From the IMG/VR virus record IMGVR_UViG_2675903433_000022: a stretch of DNA of 64,000 nt; one strand, written 5' to 3'. Made by a program: the position numbers and the translations under genes. Origin of the DNA: a virus. Its lineage: Duplodnaviria > Heunggongvirae > Uroviricota > Caudoviricetes. The notes below the pieces were generated by a model. The model was not told the DNA's origin, did not search any database, and saw only the letters and a list, made by a program, of their open reading frames with translations. Positions 8,338 to 17,618 of the stretch are shown here, in pieces. The first letter of the stretch is position 1. Each line of letters begins with the position of its first letter.

Positions 8338-10371
8338 ATGACCCAAGTCGCGAAGAAAATTCTGGTGACGTGCGCGCTGCCGTACGCTAACGGCTCAATC
8401 CACCTCGGCCATATGCTGGAGCACATCCAGGCTGATGTCTGGGTTCGTTACCAGCGAATGCGCGGCCACGAGGTTAATTTCATCTGTGCCGACGATGCCC
8501 ACGGTACGCCGATCATGCTGAAAGCACAGCAGCTTGGTATCACACCGGAGCAGATGATTGGCGAAATGAGTCAGGAACACCAGACTGATTTCGCAGGCTT
8601 TAACATCAGCTATGACAACTATCACTCGACGCACAGCGAAGAGAACCGTCAGTTGTCTGAGCTTATCTATACTCGCCTGAAAGAGAACGGTTTTATTAAA
8701 AATCGTACCATCTCTCAGCTGTACGACCCGGAAAAAGGCATGTTCCTGCCGGACCGTTTTGTAAAAGGCACCTGCCCTAAATGTAAAGCGCCAGATCAAT
8801 ACGGCGATAACTGTGAAGTCTGCGGCGCGACTTACAGCCCGACTGAACTGATCGAGCCGAAATCGGTAGTTTCTGGTGCTACGCCGGTAATGCGTGATTC
8901 CGAACACTTCTTCTTTGATCTGCCTTCTTTCAGCGAAATGTTGCAGGCATGGACCCGCAGCGGTGCGTTGCAGGAGCAGGTGGCAAACAAAATGCAGGAG
9001 TGGTTTGAATCTGGCCTGCAACAGTGGGATATCTCCCGTGACGCACCTTACTTCGGTTTTGAAATTCCGAACGCGCCGGGCAAATATTTCTACGTCTGGC
9101 TGGACGCGCCGATTGGCTACATGGGTTCCTTCAAGAATCTGTGCGACAAGCGCGGTGATACCACCAGCTTCGATGAATACTGGAAGAAAGACTCCACCGC
9201 CGAGCTGTACCACTTCATCGGTAAAGATATTGTTTACTTCCACAGCCTGTTCTGGCCTGCCATGCTGGAAGGCAGCAACTTCCGCAAGCCGACCAACCTG
9301 TTTGTTCATGGCTATGTGACGGTGAACGGCGCAAAGATGTCCAAGTCTCGCGGCACCTTTATTAAAGCCAGCACCTGGCTGAATCATTTTGACGCTGACA
9401 GCCTGCGTTACTACTACACTGCGAAACTCTCTTCGCGCATTGATGATATCGATCTCAACCTGGAGGATTTCGTTCAGCGCGTGAATGCCGATATCGTGAA
9501 CAAAGTGGTTAACCTGGCCTCCCGTAATGCAGGCTTTATCAACAAGCGTTTTGACGGCGTGCTGGCAAGCGAACTGGCTGACCCGCAACTGTACAAAACC
9601 TTTACTGATGCCGCTGAAGTGATTGGTGAAGCATGGGAAAGCCGCGAATTTGGTAAAGCGATTCGTGAAATCATGGCGCTGGCTGATCTGGCTAACCGCT
9701 ATGTCGATGAACAGGCTCCGTGGGTGGTGGCGAAGCAGGAAGGACGCGATGCCGATCTGCAGGCGATTTGCTCTATGGGCATTAACCTGTTCCGCGTGCT
9801 GATGACGTACCTGAAACCGGTACTGCCGAAACTGACTGAACGTGCAGAAGCATTCCTGAATACAGAACTGACCTGGGATGGTATCCAGCAACCGCTGCTG
9901 GGCCATAAAGTGAATCCGTTCAAGGCACTGTATAACCGTATCGATATGAAACAGGTGGAAGCACTGGTGGAAGCATCCAAAGAAGAAGTGAAAGCCACAG
10001 CTGCACCGGTAACTGGCCCACTGGCTGACGACCCGATTCAGGAAACCATCACCTTTGACGACTTCGCCAAAGTTGACCTGCGTGTGGCGCTGATTGAAAA
10101 CGCGGAGTTTGTCGAAGGTTCTGACAAACTGCTTCGCCTGACGCTGGATCTCGGTGGTGAAAAGCGTAATGTCTTCTCAGGCATCCGTTCCGCTTATCCA
10201 GATCCACAGGCACTGATTGGTCGTCACACCATTATGGTGGCTAACCTGGCTCCGCGTAAAATGCGCTTCGGTATCTCTGAAGGCATGGTGATGGCTGCTG
10301 GCCCCGGCGGGAAAGATATCTTCCTGTTAAGCCCGGATGCTGGTGCTAAACCTGGCCACCAGGTTAAGTAA
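8338..10371 (+). CDS. metG: Methionyl-tRNA synthetase
   Basis: 677 aa from [29 protein letters not shown] (HIGH motif), KMSKS present, C-terminal tRNA-binding domain; track ORF 8209 is an upstream in-frame extension. Confidence 0.95.
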   Translation: MTQVAKKILVTCALPYANGSIHLGHMLEHIQADVWVRYQRMRGHEVNFICADDAHGTPIMLKAQQLGITPEQMIGEMSQEHQTDFAGFNISYDNYHSTHSEENRQLSELIYTRLKENGFIKNRTISQLYDPEKGMFLPDRFVKGTCPKCKAPDQYGDNCEVCGATYSPTELIEPKSVVSGATPVMRDSEHFFFDLPSFSEMLQAWTRSGALQEQVANKMQEWFESGLQQWDISRDAPYFGFEIPNAPGKYFYVWLDAPIGYMGSFKNLCDKRGDTTSFDEYWKKDSTAELYHFIGKDIVYFHSLFWPAMLEGSNFRKPTNLFVHGYVTVNGAKMSKSRGTFIKASTWLNHFDADSLRYYYTAKLSSRIDDIDLNLEDFVQRVNADIVNKVVNLASRNAGFINKRFDGVLASELADPQLYKTFTDAAEVIGEAWESREFGKAIREIMALADLANRYVDEQAPWVVAKQEGRDADLQAICSMGINLFRVLMTYLKPVLPKLTERAEAFLNTELTWDGIQQPLLGHKVNPFKALYNRIDMKQVEALVEASKEEVKATAAPVTGPLADDPIQETITFDDFAKVDLRVALIENAEFVEGSDKLLRLTLDLGGEKRNVFSGIRSAYPDPQALIGRHTIMVANLAPRKMRFGISEGMVMAAGPGGKDIFLLSPDAGAKPGHQVK

Positions 10372-10393
10372 TTAAACAACCTCTCTTCGCAAT

Positions 10394-10418
10394 GCCCGGC
10401 AACACGCCGGGCATTTTT
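10394..10418 (+). terminator. Rho-independent terminator after metG
   Basis: gcccggcaacacgccgggc hairpin followed by TTTTT. Confidence 0.7.
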
Positions 10419-10456
10419 CATATAGACACAATCCCTTCTGATTTACACAGTACCTA

Positions 10457-10469
10457 AAACAATTTGTTT
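10457..10469. promoter_or_regulatory. AAACAAtTTGTTT palindrome
   Basis: Perfect copy ~40 bp after the metG terminator; second copy at 10508-10520. Confidence 0.45.
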
Positions 10470-10533
10470 TCTGCCTTTTGTTGATGGAGATAATAAACCA
10501 CATAAGAAAACAACTTGTTTTGGAGTGGTTGAA

Positions 10534-10833
10534 ATGTTGAACATTACCCAAGCCTACCAGGTGGCATTGATCAGCTCATCTCATACATCAGAGGAAGATG
10601 CTCGCCGATTCATGATCGCAAGCAATGAGCTGGATTGGGTTTCACAAATTGAGTACGGTTGCATTGTCCACGCCGGGTTACAGGACGATGACTGGAAAGA
10701 TGAGTTGCGTCGATATGGTATATCCGAGGGCGCGATTGCGAACATTCAGAAAGTACTTGATGTAGGCTTTGACTCTGTACATTTTGATTGTGGCGCACCG
10801 GTCGTTGAAGGGCTTGAGTGCTGGCAATGGTAA
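10534..10833 (+). CDS. Hypothetical protein
   Basis: ATG with GGAG 8 nt upstream; 99 aa. Confidence 0.55.
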   Translation: MLNITQAYQVALISSSHTSEEDARRFMIASNELDWVSQIEYGCIVHAGLQDDDWKDELRRYGISEGAIANIQKVLDVGFDSVHFDCGAPVVEGLECWQW

Positions 10834-10869
10834 TCCGGCAATCGCTTCATACTAGATAACGGAGAATTT

Positions 10870-11055
10870 ATGCTTAAAGAAGACTCATATCTACTAAAGG
10901 CGCTTGAAATGCGTGGCGTTGAACCTACAGTGAAAAACGCTCACGATATCTACCTTCAGTTTTCGCCAGAGCTGAAACAGCTCATAAATAAATATGGAGT
11001 GAATGACTCCAGCGTCAAAGCCATGATAGATGATGAATTAGACCATCTCATCTAA
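10870..11055 (+). CDS. Hypothetical protein
   Basis: 61 aa; RBS acggagaattt before ATG. Confidence 0.5.
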   Translation: MLKEDSYLLKALEMRGVEPTVKNAHDIYLQFSPELKQLINKYGVNDSSVKAMIDDELDHLI

Positions 11056-11159
11056 CCAAACCGTTGATAATGGCGGTCACAATTTGATTCTTTTCTATAA
11101 GAATCCGTTGATCGCCACTACTCCCCTTCCATACCTGCAATCATATCCTTAAATATCAA

Positions 11160-11950
11160 TAGGTTATAGTTGTTTGCACAAACAAGAAAACAACTGAATA
11201 ACAGATCAACGAAACGTCAACGCTTTCTCCCGATTTGGTCTAAAAAATTGACGTTTTCACACATCACTTCTTATACCCGTAATTCTACGCAGCAGATAGC
11301 GCCACAGCGTTCAATTTTCACCACAGACGACTCAACACACTACCAACAAAAACACACGCTCAAAATCGCTCCCGTTGCGTTACACAACCATATAAACAAC
11401 TTATTTTCAGGTATAACAAAACAACTAAATAACACATACGCCATTACCAAAAACAACCAACCTCTTTATGGCAGGCTACCGAAAAGACCCACCTCTTCTT
11501 CCCAGGCTACCGGACAGCCAACCTAACTTTCACAGGCAATCCGAAAACATTCATACGCGCGATACCCACGACACGCCATTACCCAAACATCGAAGAAACA
11601 CCAGAATCACTGAAACCCCAACGAAGTCTGTAACCGCAAGGCTTCTCTCAATCCCAAAAGACACGAAACATAACAATCACGGGAAACGCCATTACCCAAT
11701 ACACGAATAACTACAAAAGCCCTTCACACACTCCAGACAAACAACTCAAACACAATAACGAAAGGAATAGCCCACCTGCCATTACTCCATATACGGAGAA
11801 GAACAATAACCATAACGACGAGAACACCCCATAGAAGAACCACCGCAAAACGAACGAAACCACATACACCGACAGAGAAAACAACACACCCAATCCACCA
11901 ACAGAAATAGTCGCCCTATAGAACGTTCTGGTAGGAGTGAGCATTAACGC
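11160..11950 (+). other. ORF-poor, strongly C+A-rich (G-depleted on plus strand) tract; possible non-coding RNA or origin-proximal region
   Basis: No ORF with an RBS; plus-strand composition skew visible by eye; terminator hairpin at 12035-12058. Confidence 0.3.
11457..11557. repeat. Three tandem ~30-bp direct repeats (CAGGCTACCGAAAAGACCCACCT-type), family 1
   Basis: Units read at 11472, 11503, 11533; related set at 14618-14705. Confidence 0.5.
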
Positions 11951-12034
11951 CTATAGAGAGGTTGAGACAGATAAAACACGAAGAAAACACAACATGTATA
12001 GCGAAGAAGCCAGGTATGTATAAGTGGGGAGGGA

Positions 12035-12058
12035 AGGAGGGGTGTCGCCTCCTTTTTC
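12035..12058 (+). terminator. Rho-independent terminator
   Basis: aggagg-ggtgtcg-cctcct hairpin followed by TTTTT. Confidence 0.5.
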
Positions 12059-12120
12059 GTATTTATTCAACTCCTGATTTTATCCCCCGTAACACCCCTA
12101 CGGTCAGCCTTCGGTCCATA

Positions 12121-12268
12121 CAGGGAAAAGGTTGCATCCCGCTACAGAAACGGCTGGATTGCCTTCGGGGAACGGCTGGAGGTTTTCAGGGAAACGGTCG
12201 AGCTGCCTTTGTGGATTTCGGGAAAAGGCTCGATGCCGGTTCAGGAACGGTGGCGTACCGGTATAGCG
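12121..12268. repeat. Six tandem ~22-25-bp direct repeats with core GGGAAA(C/A)GGCTG (iteron-like), family 2
   Basis: Cores at 12123, 12147, 12168, 12190, 12221, 12245; related set at 15304-15385. Confidence 0.5.
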
Positions 12269-12612
12269 AGAGAGAGTTGCGGCTACCCACCTGTAATGTG
12301 CGGTAAGAAGAGAGGCGCTCACGTGCAGGCGAACTTACTTACCGCTGGATTCCCTCTGAATGCCCAGCTACAGCGTAATTGTGCCAGACAGTCAGCGGGT
12401 CACAATCGATTTCAGTAGGTTTTCGGGGAGGGGATTATTCTGCCCACCAGCCATCTTCGGCCATTAAATCAGAATAATGTAAAAAGTGTACTCGGTACTG
12501 AACCTGAAAACTCACTGCCAAAACCACATTCACCGGAATAAAATCCTTTTTAGCCTTTGCGTTATTGCGATAATAACACCATCAAGAAAACATGTTGTTT
12601 AAGGATTGCTTT

Positions 12613-12942
12613 ATGTTTGCAAATATCGACATCAACCAAATCAAGAAAATGACTCAAAAAGAGTTTGACCAGTTTTATGAGCTGGAAGGTTGGTCTTCCA
12701 CTCTGATTAATTCAAGATGGGTGCTGGAACTGATGACTCGTGATGACGCACCTGCTTTGATGATCAGCGACCTGGGTGAAGATGCTGACTTTATGGATAT
12801 GAGCGAATTTTGTGTGGACACATACAACCGCAGCCAGAAGTACTACTTCACATGCGATAGCGAAAATGACGTGATTTCTAAGGTCTATCTTCACCTCGTC
12901 CAGCATTGGGACGTTCAGGAGTTTCTTGAAGTATTCGAGTAA
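12613..12942 (+). CDS. Hypothetical acidic protein
   Basis: ATG preceded by AAGGA (7 nt); track start 12592 falls inside the palindrome motif. Confidence 0.55.
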   Translation: MFANIDINQIKKMTQKEFDQFYELEGWSSTLINSRWVLELMTRDDAPALMISDLGEDADFMDMSEFCVDTYNRSQKYYFTCDSENDVISKVYLHLVQHWDVQEFLEVFE

Positions 12943-13096
12943 ACCCAACCAAAGCCAGCAATGCTGGCTTAACTTCATCTGTAGCCGCAGGGAAGAACCT
13001 GCATATCGCTCATGCGCCTGATCAATATGCTTTGTAGCCGTTTTCTTACTGGTATTATTTACGCCATTGAGAAAACAAGTTGTTTACGGAGTTGTG

Positions 13097-13408
13097 ATGA
13101 AAAAATCATTGGTTCTTGGTCTGGACAAAGACCAGAAGAGAAAAGAGAAGCCTGCACTGGTTGCTCAATTAACTTTGCTGGACATCGTTGCCAATGGGAC
13201 CTCTATTCGTCTGTTCCGTGAAACAGCGGTGTCTTTCGATAAAAACACCTTTACTCGTTATGTAATGAATGTTCGTCGCCAGCGTGGAAAAGGCTGGGTG
13301 GCATTTCAAAGAATGTGGCCGGAACATCAGCTCGAACTGGCTTTGATGGAAGTAAACCGCGTGGCCCAGCAAGAGATTCAGAGAGCATCAGTGATGGCAA
13401 TAGCCTGA
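13097..13408 (+). CDS. Hypothetical protein
   Basis: ATG with GGAG RBS, preceded by palindrome AAACAAgTTGTTT at 13073-13085. Confidence 0.55.
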   Translation: MKKSLVLGLDKDQKRKEKPALVAQLTLLDIVANGTSIRLFRETAVSFDKNTFTRYVMNVRRQRGKGWVAFQRMWPEHQLELALMEVNRVAQQEIQRASVMAIA

Positions 13409-13443
13409 TAATGTGCAAGTGGTAATTAGTCGACCGTACGACA

Positions 13444-13470
13444 GCCCCGCCATCCTTACGGGGCTTTTTT
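13444..13470 (+). terminator. Rho-independent terminator
   Basis: gccccg...cggggc hairpin plus TTTTTT. Confidence 0.6.
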
Positions 13471-13534
13471 GTATTGTAAGTACATACTTACGATCATAGA
13501 ATATAAAAATAACCAAGACACTACGGAGAGTGAA

Positions 13535-13930
13535 ATGACCGTTAAACGCGAAAAACTGACAGTTGATGTTTACTATGCCTCTGAAACCGCCGAAGGTAAG
13601 AATGTGGCAAAAATCACCGTTGTTACGTACAACACCGAAACTGGTGCCGAAGTACAGGCCAGTACGATCGTGCGTAAAGGTGATGCCTCCGGCGGCGAGT
13701 ACGCGACTCAATACCAGTCCATTCTCGATGCAACTGACCCGCTGCTGCTGAAAATCGAGAACTACTTCCGCCAGGTTGATGAAGAGGTGTTTGAAACCAT
13801 GATGAATATGGTTAACACAGTATTCGCCTCCAGCCTGAATACCAACACTACCTGGATTGGTCAGTACGGCCTGCGCATTACCTCCGGCATTCCTGCTGAC
13901 ACCTTAATCCCTGAAAGCGTATTCGCTTAA
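13535..13930 (+). CDS. Hypothetical protein
   Basis: ATG after ctacggagagtgaa RBS; track ORF start 13469 lies inside the terminator. Confidence 0.6.
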   Translation: MTVKREKLTVDVYYASETAEGKNVAKITVVTYNTETGAEVQASTIVRKGDASGGEYATQYQSILDATDPLLLKIENYFRQVDEEVFETMMNMVNTVFASSLNTNTTWIGQYGLRITSGIPADTLIPESVFA

Positions 13931-13941
13931 TCTTCTTTGAA

Positions 13942-13966
13942 TGGCGCGTAAACCGCGCCATTTTTT
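13942..13966 (+). terminator. Rho-independent terminator
   Basis: tggcgcg-taaac-cgcgcca hairpin plus TTTTTT. Confidence 0.6.
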
Positions 13967-14046
13967 ATGCCCGATAACAATTTGTTTTCTACCTTATCTG
14001 ATTTGTGAAAATGATTTCACTGAAGCAACTTAATAAGGAAACCATC

Positions 14047-14421
14047 ATGGGACTTGATATCTATATCGAGACACAGCCTAAAAACGATCTGAATAACGAG
14101 GCATCCAGAAAGCAGGTTGCTTACTTCCGTAAGTTCAATGCGCTCGTTGGGTGGATGGAGCGCAACGTAGGTGAAGTCGAAAATTGTGAGCTTTTAGAAT
14201 TAACGATGAATGACATTTGTTTTCTGAAGGCTCATTTGATGCACATAAACGAAAGTAATTGCGAAGAGTACTTGCCTACCCGGGAAGGCTTTTTCTTCGG
14301 CAGTCAGGAGTACGATGAAGGTTACTGGCATGACGTGGACAAGCTGAAAAAACTTGTGGAAGACCTGATCAGGAACCACGACTTTCACAATAACAGACTG
14401 ACGTTCTGCGCCTGGTGGTAA
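14047..14421 (+). CDS. Hypothetical protein
   Basis: ATG with AAGGAA RBS; track start 14005 lies in the promoter-like motif. Confidence 0.55.
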   Translation: MGLDIYIETQPKNDLNNEASRKQVAYFRKFNALVGWMERNVGEVENCELLELTMNDICFLKAHLMHINESNCEEYLPTREGFFFGSQEYDEGYWHDVDKLKKLVEDLIRNHDFHNNRLTFCAWW

Positions 14422-14573
14422 ATATGGGCGATTTCAAGAAACGCCTGAAGGAAAGAGCCGAGATGGTCAGAAAGCAAAACGCCTCTTCTGTCATCAGATA
14501 TGCAAGGCAGTTTAGTCGCAACAACAAATCAGTTGAGGAAAAGATCCTTAGCGTAATCGGGCGATAATTATTA

Positions 14574-14596
14574 AGGCCATCAGCATTGGTGGCCTT
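14574..14596 (+). terminator. Stem-loop aaggccatcagcattggtggcctt
   Basis: Third copy of the aaggcca...tggcctt hairpin family. Confidence 0.5.
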
Positions 14597-14617
14597 AAAT
14601 GACCATCCTGTTTCCCG

Positions 14618-14705
14618 CAGGCTAAAAACACCAACCTCTTACCTCCAGGCAACCGACAAACCCACCTGTTCCCGTCCGGCTACCGCAACTTTCCACTTTG
14701 ACGCC
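14618..14705. repeat. Three tandem ~30-bp direct repeats, family 1 (second locus)
   Basis: caggctaaaaacaccaacct / caggcaaccgacaaacccacct / cggctaccgcaac units. Confidence 0.5.
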
Positions 14706-14771
14706 TTATTCGTACAACGATAATTAACACCAACAAGAAAACAATTTGTTATTTACGATAAGGAATTAATC

Positions 14772-15254
14772 ATGAATTTTATCGCTACTGTAAACGCACC
14801 CGCACATGGCAATATCGTTGTAACGTTCTCTGACATTGAAAAACGAGTACTTGGTGCCTGGCGTCACAATGAGACGGTAGAACTGTCAGAACAAGAAAAA
14901 TGCATTATTTCACGCGACATCATTGGCAATCGTCGTTACTCGCGGGTATTTGAGAAAGCGTATGTGGTAAATTCTGGATTCGGAACGTTCGTCTTTCCGG
15001 TGCGCTCCGGGCGATTCTGCCAGTCCAAGCTGATTGAGTTCGCTACGCAGATTTCTGTCTGGATTAAAACTCAATCGTCGTTCAAATTTTCCGACGATGA
15101 AGCAGTATCGCAGGGGATGCGGATCGCCAACAATGCGATTAAATGCAAAAACATTACGTATACCGCTGGCGTTGATACATGGAAACTGTTTTGCGCTAAC
15201 TTTATGCTGAATGTATACGCAAGCAACCGCATCCACATCCTTGATGGCGTGTAA
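14772..15254 (+). CDS. Hypothetical protein
   Basis: 160 aa; RBS ataaggaattaatc; preceded by palindrome site 14739-14751; followed by terminator. Confidence 0.6.
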   Translation: MNFIATVNAPAHGNIVVTFSDIEKRVLGAWRHNETVELSEQEKCIISRDIIGNRRYSRVFEKAYVVNSGFGTFVFPVRSGRFCQSKLIEFATQISVWIKTQSSFKFSDDEAVSQGMRIANNAIKCKNITYTAGVDTWKLFCANFMLNVYASNRIHILDGV

Positions 15255-15263
15255 CTGAGAAGA

Positions 15264-15285
15264 GGGCCAGAAACGGCCCTTTCTC
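15264..15285 (+). terminator. Rho-independent terminator
   Basis: gggccagaaacggccc hairpin plus T-rich tail; the hairpin itself contains the GAAACGGCC core. Confidence 0.55.
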
Positions 15286-15303
15286 TATAGCCACCAGCTG
15301 CCG

Positions 15304-15385
15304 CAGGGAAATTTTCAGAAACGGCGAGGAACGCATTCATGAGCCGACGGGAAACGGCCAGGATTTTTTCGGGAAACGGCTGCAT
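15304..15385. repeat. Tandem GGGAAACGGC-core repeats, family 2 (second locus)
   Basis: Cores at 15306, 15319, 15350, 15372. Confidence 0.45.
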
Positions 15386-15870
15386 TCGCCTTTGTGTAGA
15401 AAAAAACATCGGGAAGCTGGTGGAATCCAACCAGCGGTTGTCGGACAGGTGAGCGGGGAAAATTATGATGACTTTCGTCGCCTGAGACATCCAGATTTCT
15501 TTCGTAGCGTAATCACATACGTGATTAAGTGGTGTGATTATGTGAAAAATCACGCGCACATAATACGCGAGCGGATACGGAACAAAACAAAATGCCGATC
15601 CGCGCCGACAATTAAACGCGGACACATAGCAAGAATAAAAGCCAATGATTAACCATACACCATAACGCAATATAACGCGATTTAAGCGCGTTAATGCGCT
15701 AAGTAATGGGTATGTACTGGTAAGGATATAAAAGCGCGTCTATGGCGTTATTTTGGCGCTTATTTTTATGTTGTTGGCTTGAGTCAAAGACAATAAAAAA
15801 AGCGCCATCATTGGCGCGTTATGGTGGAAGTATTGGAAACGAAAAAAGCGCCCATAGTGGGCGCTCGATT

Positions 15871-16101
15871 TTATTTGTGTAAACTGATTTTAAATCCCAT
15901 TTCTACAAACGCTTTTAACATTAAAAATATATCAGCGTCGTTCACGTCTGCTTTTTTTCGCTCCTGGTCGCTCAATAAGTCAATTTTGCGCGTCGTTTCA
16001 TCTATAAGCTCGACTGCGCGCCCAGCGTAACCAGCGATCCCAGCGATGCGATTAACATAATATTCATTATGGACGTTAACGCCAGCGATAAGAACAAACA
16101 T
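15871..16101 (-). CDS. Hypothetical small protein in AT-rich island
   Basis: 76 aa; RBS ttaaggagcttaatc before ATG on minus strand. Confidence 0.5.
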   Translation of the reverse strand: MFVLIAGVNVHNEYYVNRIAGIAGYAGRAVELIDETTRKIDLLSDQERKKADVNDADIFLMLKAFVEMGFKISLHK

Positions 16102-16120
16102 GATTAAGCTCCTTAAAAAA

Positions 16121-16324
16121 TTAAATAGAATTTTGAAGTTTTCCGATTAATGCGCTTAAACGTAAGTATTCACGTTTACGCTTGCAATCTCGCTTGTTGT
16201 TAAGCAAATCAGAAAACGTAAAATTTAATTGGTCGCGTTGCGCGATCAAATCATCGATTAATTCCAGTTTATAAGCGCGATACTTTGCGCGATATTCCGC
16301 GCGGATCTTGTCATAGCTGACCAT
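16121..16324 (-). CDS. Hypothetical small basic protein in AT-rich island
   Basis: 67 aa from MVSYDK; RBS aaaggag 8 nt upstream; track ORF extends to 16369. Confidence 0.45.
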   Translation of the reverse strand: MVSYDKIRAEYRAKYRAYKLELIDDLIAQRDQLNFTFSDLLNNKRDCKRKREYLRLSALIGKLQNSI

Positions 16325-16372
16325 CTTTAAAGCTCCTTTAAAGCGCCCACTATGGGCGCTTGATTCCATTAA

Positions 16373-17023
16373 TTACGCTTTGAAAGCATCAGCTAAATAA
16401 TTGTAGAAATCATTTTTAATGAAGCGATATTGCTGAGTACCAGCTTTCGCACTCCCAGCTCCTTTGACTTTTTCAACAAGTCCAAGACGTTCGCAAAGAT
16501 TGATCAACTGGTTGGCTTGAGTATAGCCAGCGTCCAATTTAATTTCACACGCTTTTTTAGCTTCATTCATTAAATCGAAAACAGCGCCATTGGTGAACGT
16601 GTCGATCTCGTCGTTAATCATATCGATTAAAGCGAATACACGAGATCCAGACATATCAGCGATGGAATAAACGCATTTACCAGATTTAATTGATTTAACC
16701 AGATAAACCAGTTTTTCCAGAGAATAACTATTAGTCATTGCATCACGGAAAAATACTTCTGGCGCTTGTTTGCTTGCTTTAATCGCATAGTAGAAAACAG
16801 AGCATAATTTTTCGTCTTCAACAGCGTTTACAACGTTGTTGATGAAGTAAGCAAGTTTAGTGGTCGCAGCTTGCATATTTGCTTTGTCTGCTTTAGTGTG
16901 CGTACCATTTTTATAATGTTCGTTATATGTTTGAGTTGCCAGATCTGCTTTTTCGCGCAGTTCATCGGATACAATGGAAGCAGCTTCAATGATGGATTTT
17001 TTAGAAATGATAATGTTAGCCAT
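16373..17023 (-). CDS. Hypothetical protein in AT-rich island
   Basis: 216 aa; RBS aaggaaaaattatc; locally low GC. Confidence 0.6.
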   Translation of the reverse strand: MANIIISKKSIIEAASIVSDELREKADLATQTYNEHYKNGTHTKADKANMQAATTKLAYFINNVVNAVEDEKLCSVFYYAIKASKQAPEVFFRDAMTNSYSLEKLVYLVKSIKSGKCVYSIADMSGSRVFALIDMINDEIDTFTNGAVFDLMNEAKKACEIKLDAGYTQANQLINLCERLGLVEKVKGAGSAKAGTQQYRFIKNDFYNYLADAFKA

Positions 17024-17306
17024 GATAATTTTTCCTTATGTAAATTTAAAATTTATTGTCGTTAGCGTCTTCGCTTTCGACGAGTTCAATTATCGATACA
17101 CGAAAAAAGATTGCAAGTGTTTTTTTAAAATTTTTTGCAGGGATGAAAGTCCTAGAAATAAAAGCGAGATCGTCGAAGGTGTTCCCTAAATAAATAATCG
17201 ATTCCGACTTTCGACCTTATATATATTTAGATTATTTGATTTATAGATATAAAGAAGTGATGTGAAAAATAATAACCGGACTTAGCCGGTTATTAACCTT
17301 ATAGAT

Positions 17307-17615
17307 TTATTGAACAGACTCTACAGCCTTACGATTGGTGTCAAATAGCGCATCAACGAACTGTGCCGATGACTCGCTAGATTCGCAATCCAACATTGCC
17401 CGTTCTTCATTTGCCACTTTCTTACACAGTTCCACATTCTCACCTATCGCTTTTCCTGCTTTTACGGCTGCCGAAAATTGATACATGCAAACTGATACAT
17501 TCTGAGACGTTGAGCACACGTCATTCATCAGCGACTGAATGACAGGCTTATAGTCCATTGCATTTGCCGCAACTGAGCAAAGTAAAAATAATGGTGGTAA
17601 CAATATCGATTTCAT
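17307..17615 (-). CDS. Small secreted (signal-peptide) protein
   Basis: N-terminus MKSILLPPLFLLCSVAANA resembles a Sec signal peptide; several Cys in the mature part. Confidence 0.55.
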   Translation of the reverse strand: MKSILLPPLFLLCSVAANAMDYKPVIQSLMNDVCSTSQNVSVCMYQFSAAVKAGKAIGENVELCKKVANEERAMLDCESSESSAQFVDALFDTNRKAVESVQ

Positions 17616-17618
17616 AAC

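Noticed and set aside
8395-9906. 503-aa ORF on the minus strand
   Set aside because: Lies entirely antisense to metG, which is unambiguous from its HIGH and KMSKS motifs.
11170-12418. Several 70-118-aa ORFs on both strands in the CA-rich and repeat region
   Set aside because: Low-complexity translations from compositional bias, non-ATG starts, no RBS, and they overlap tandem repeats.
14424-14537. 37-aa ORF after the 14047-14421 gene
   Set aside because: Hand translation gives only 37 codons with no convincing RBS; too short to call.
11457-15385. Possible CRISPR array
   Set aside because: The tandem repeats have no regular repeat-spacer periodicity and variable units, and no cas genes are present; the reported iteron-like interpretation fits better.
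15071-15670. 199-aa minus-strand ORF and 86-aa plus-strand ORF
   Set aside because: They overlap the well-supported plus-strand gene 14772-15254 and the GGGAAACGGC repeat array; Cys/Trp-rich, no RBS.
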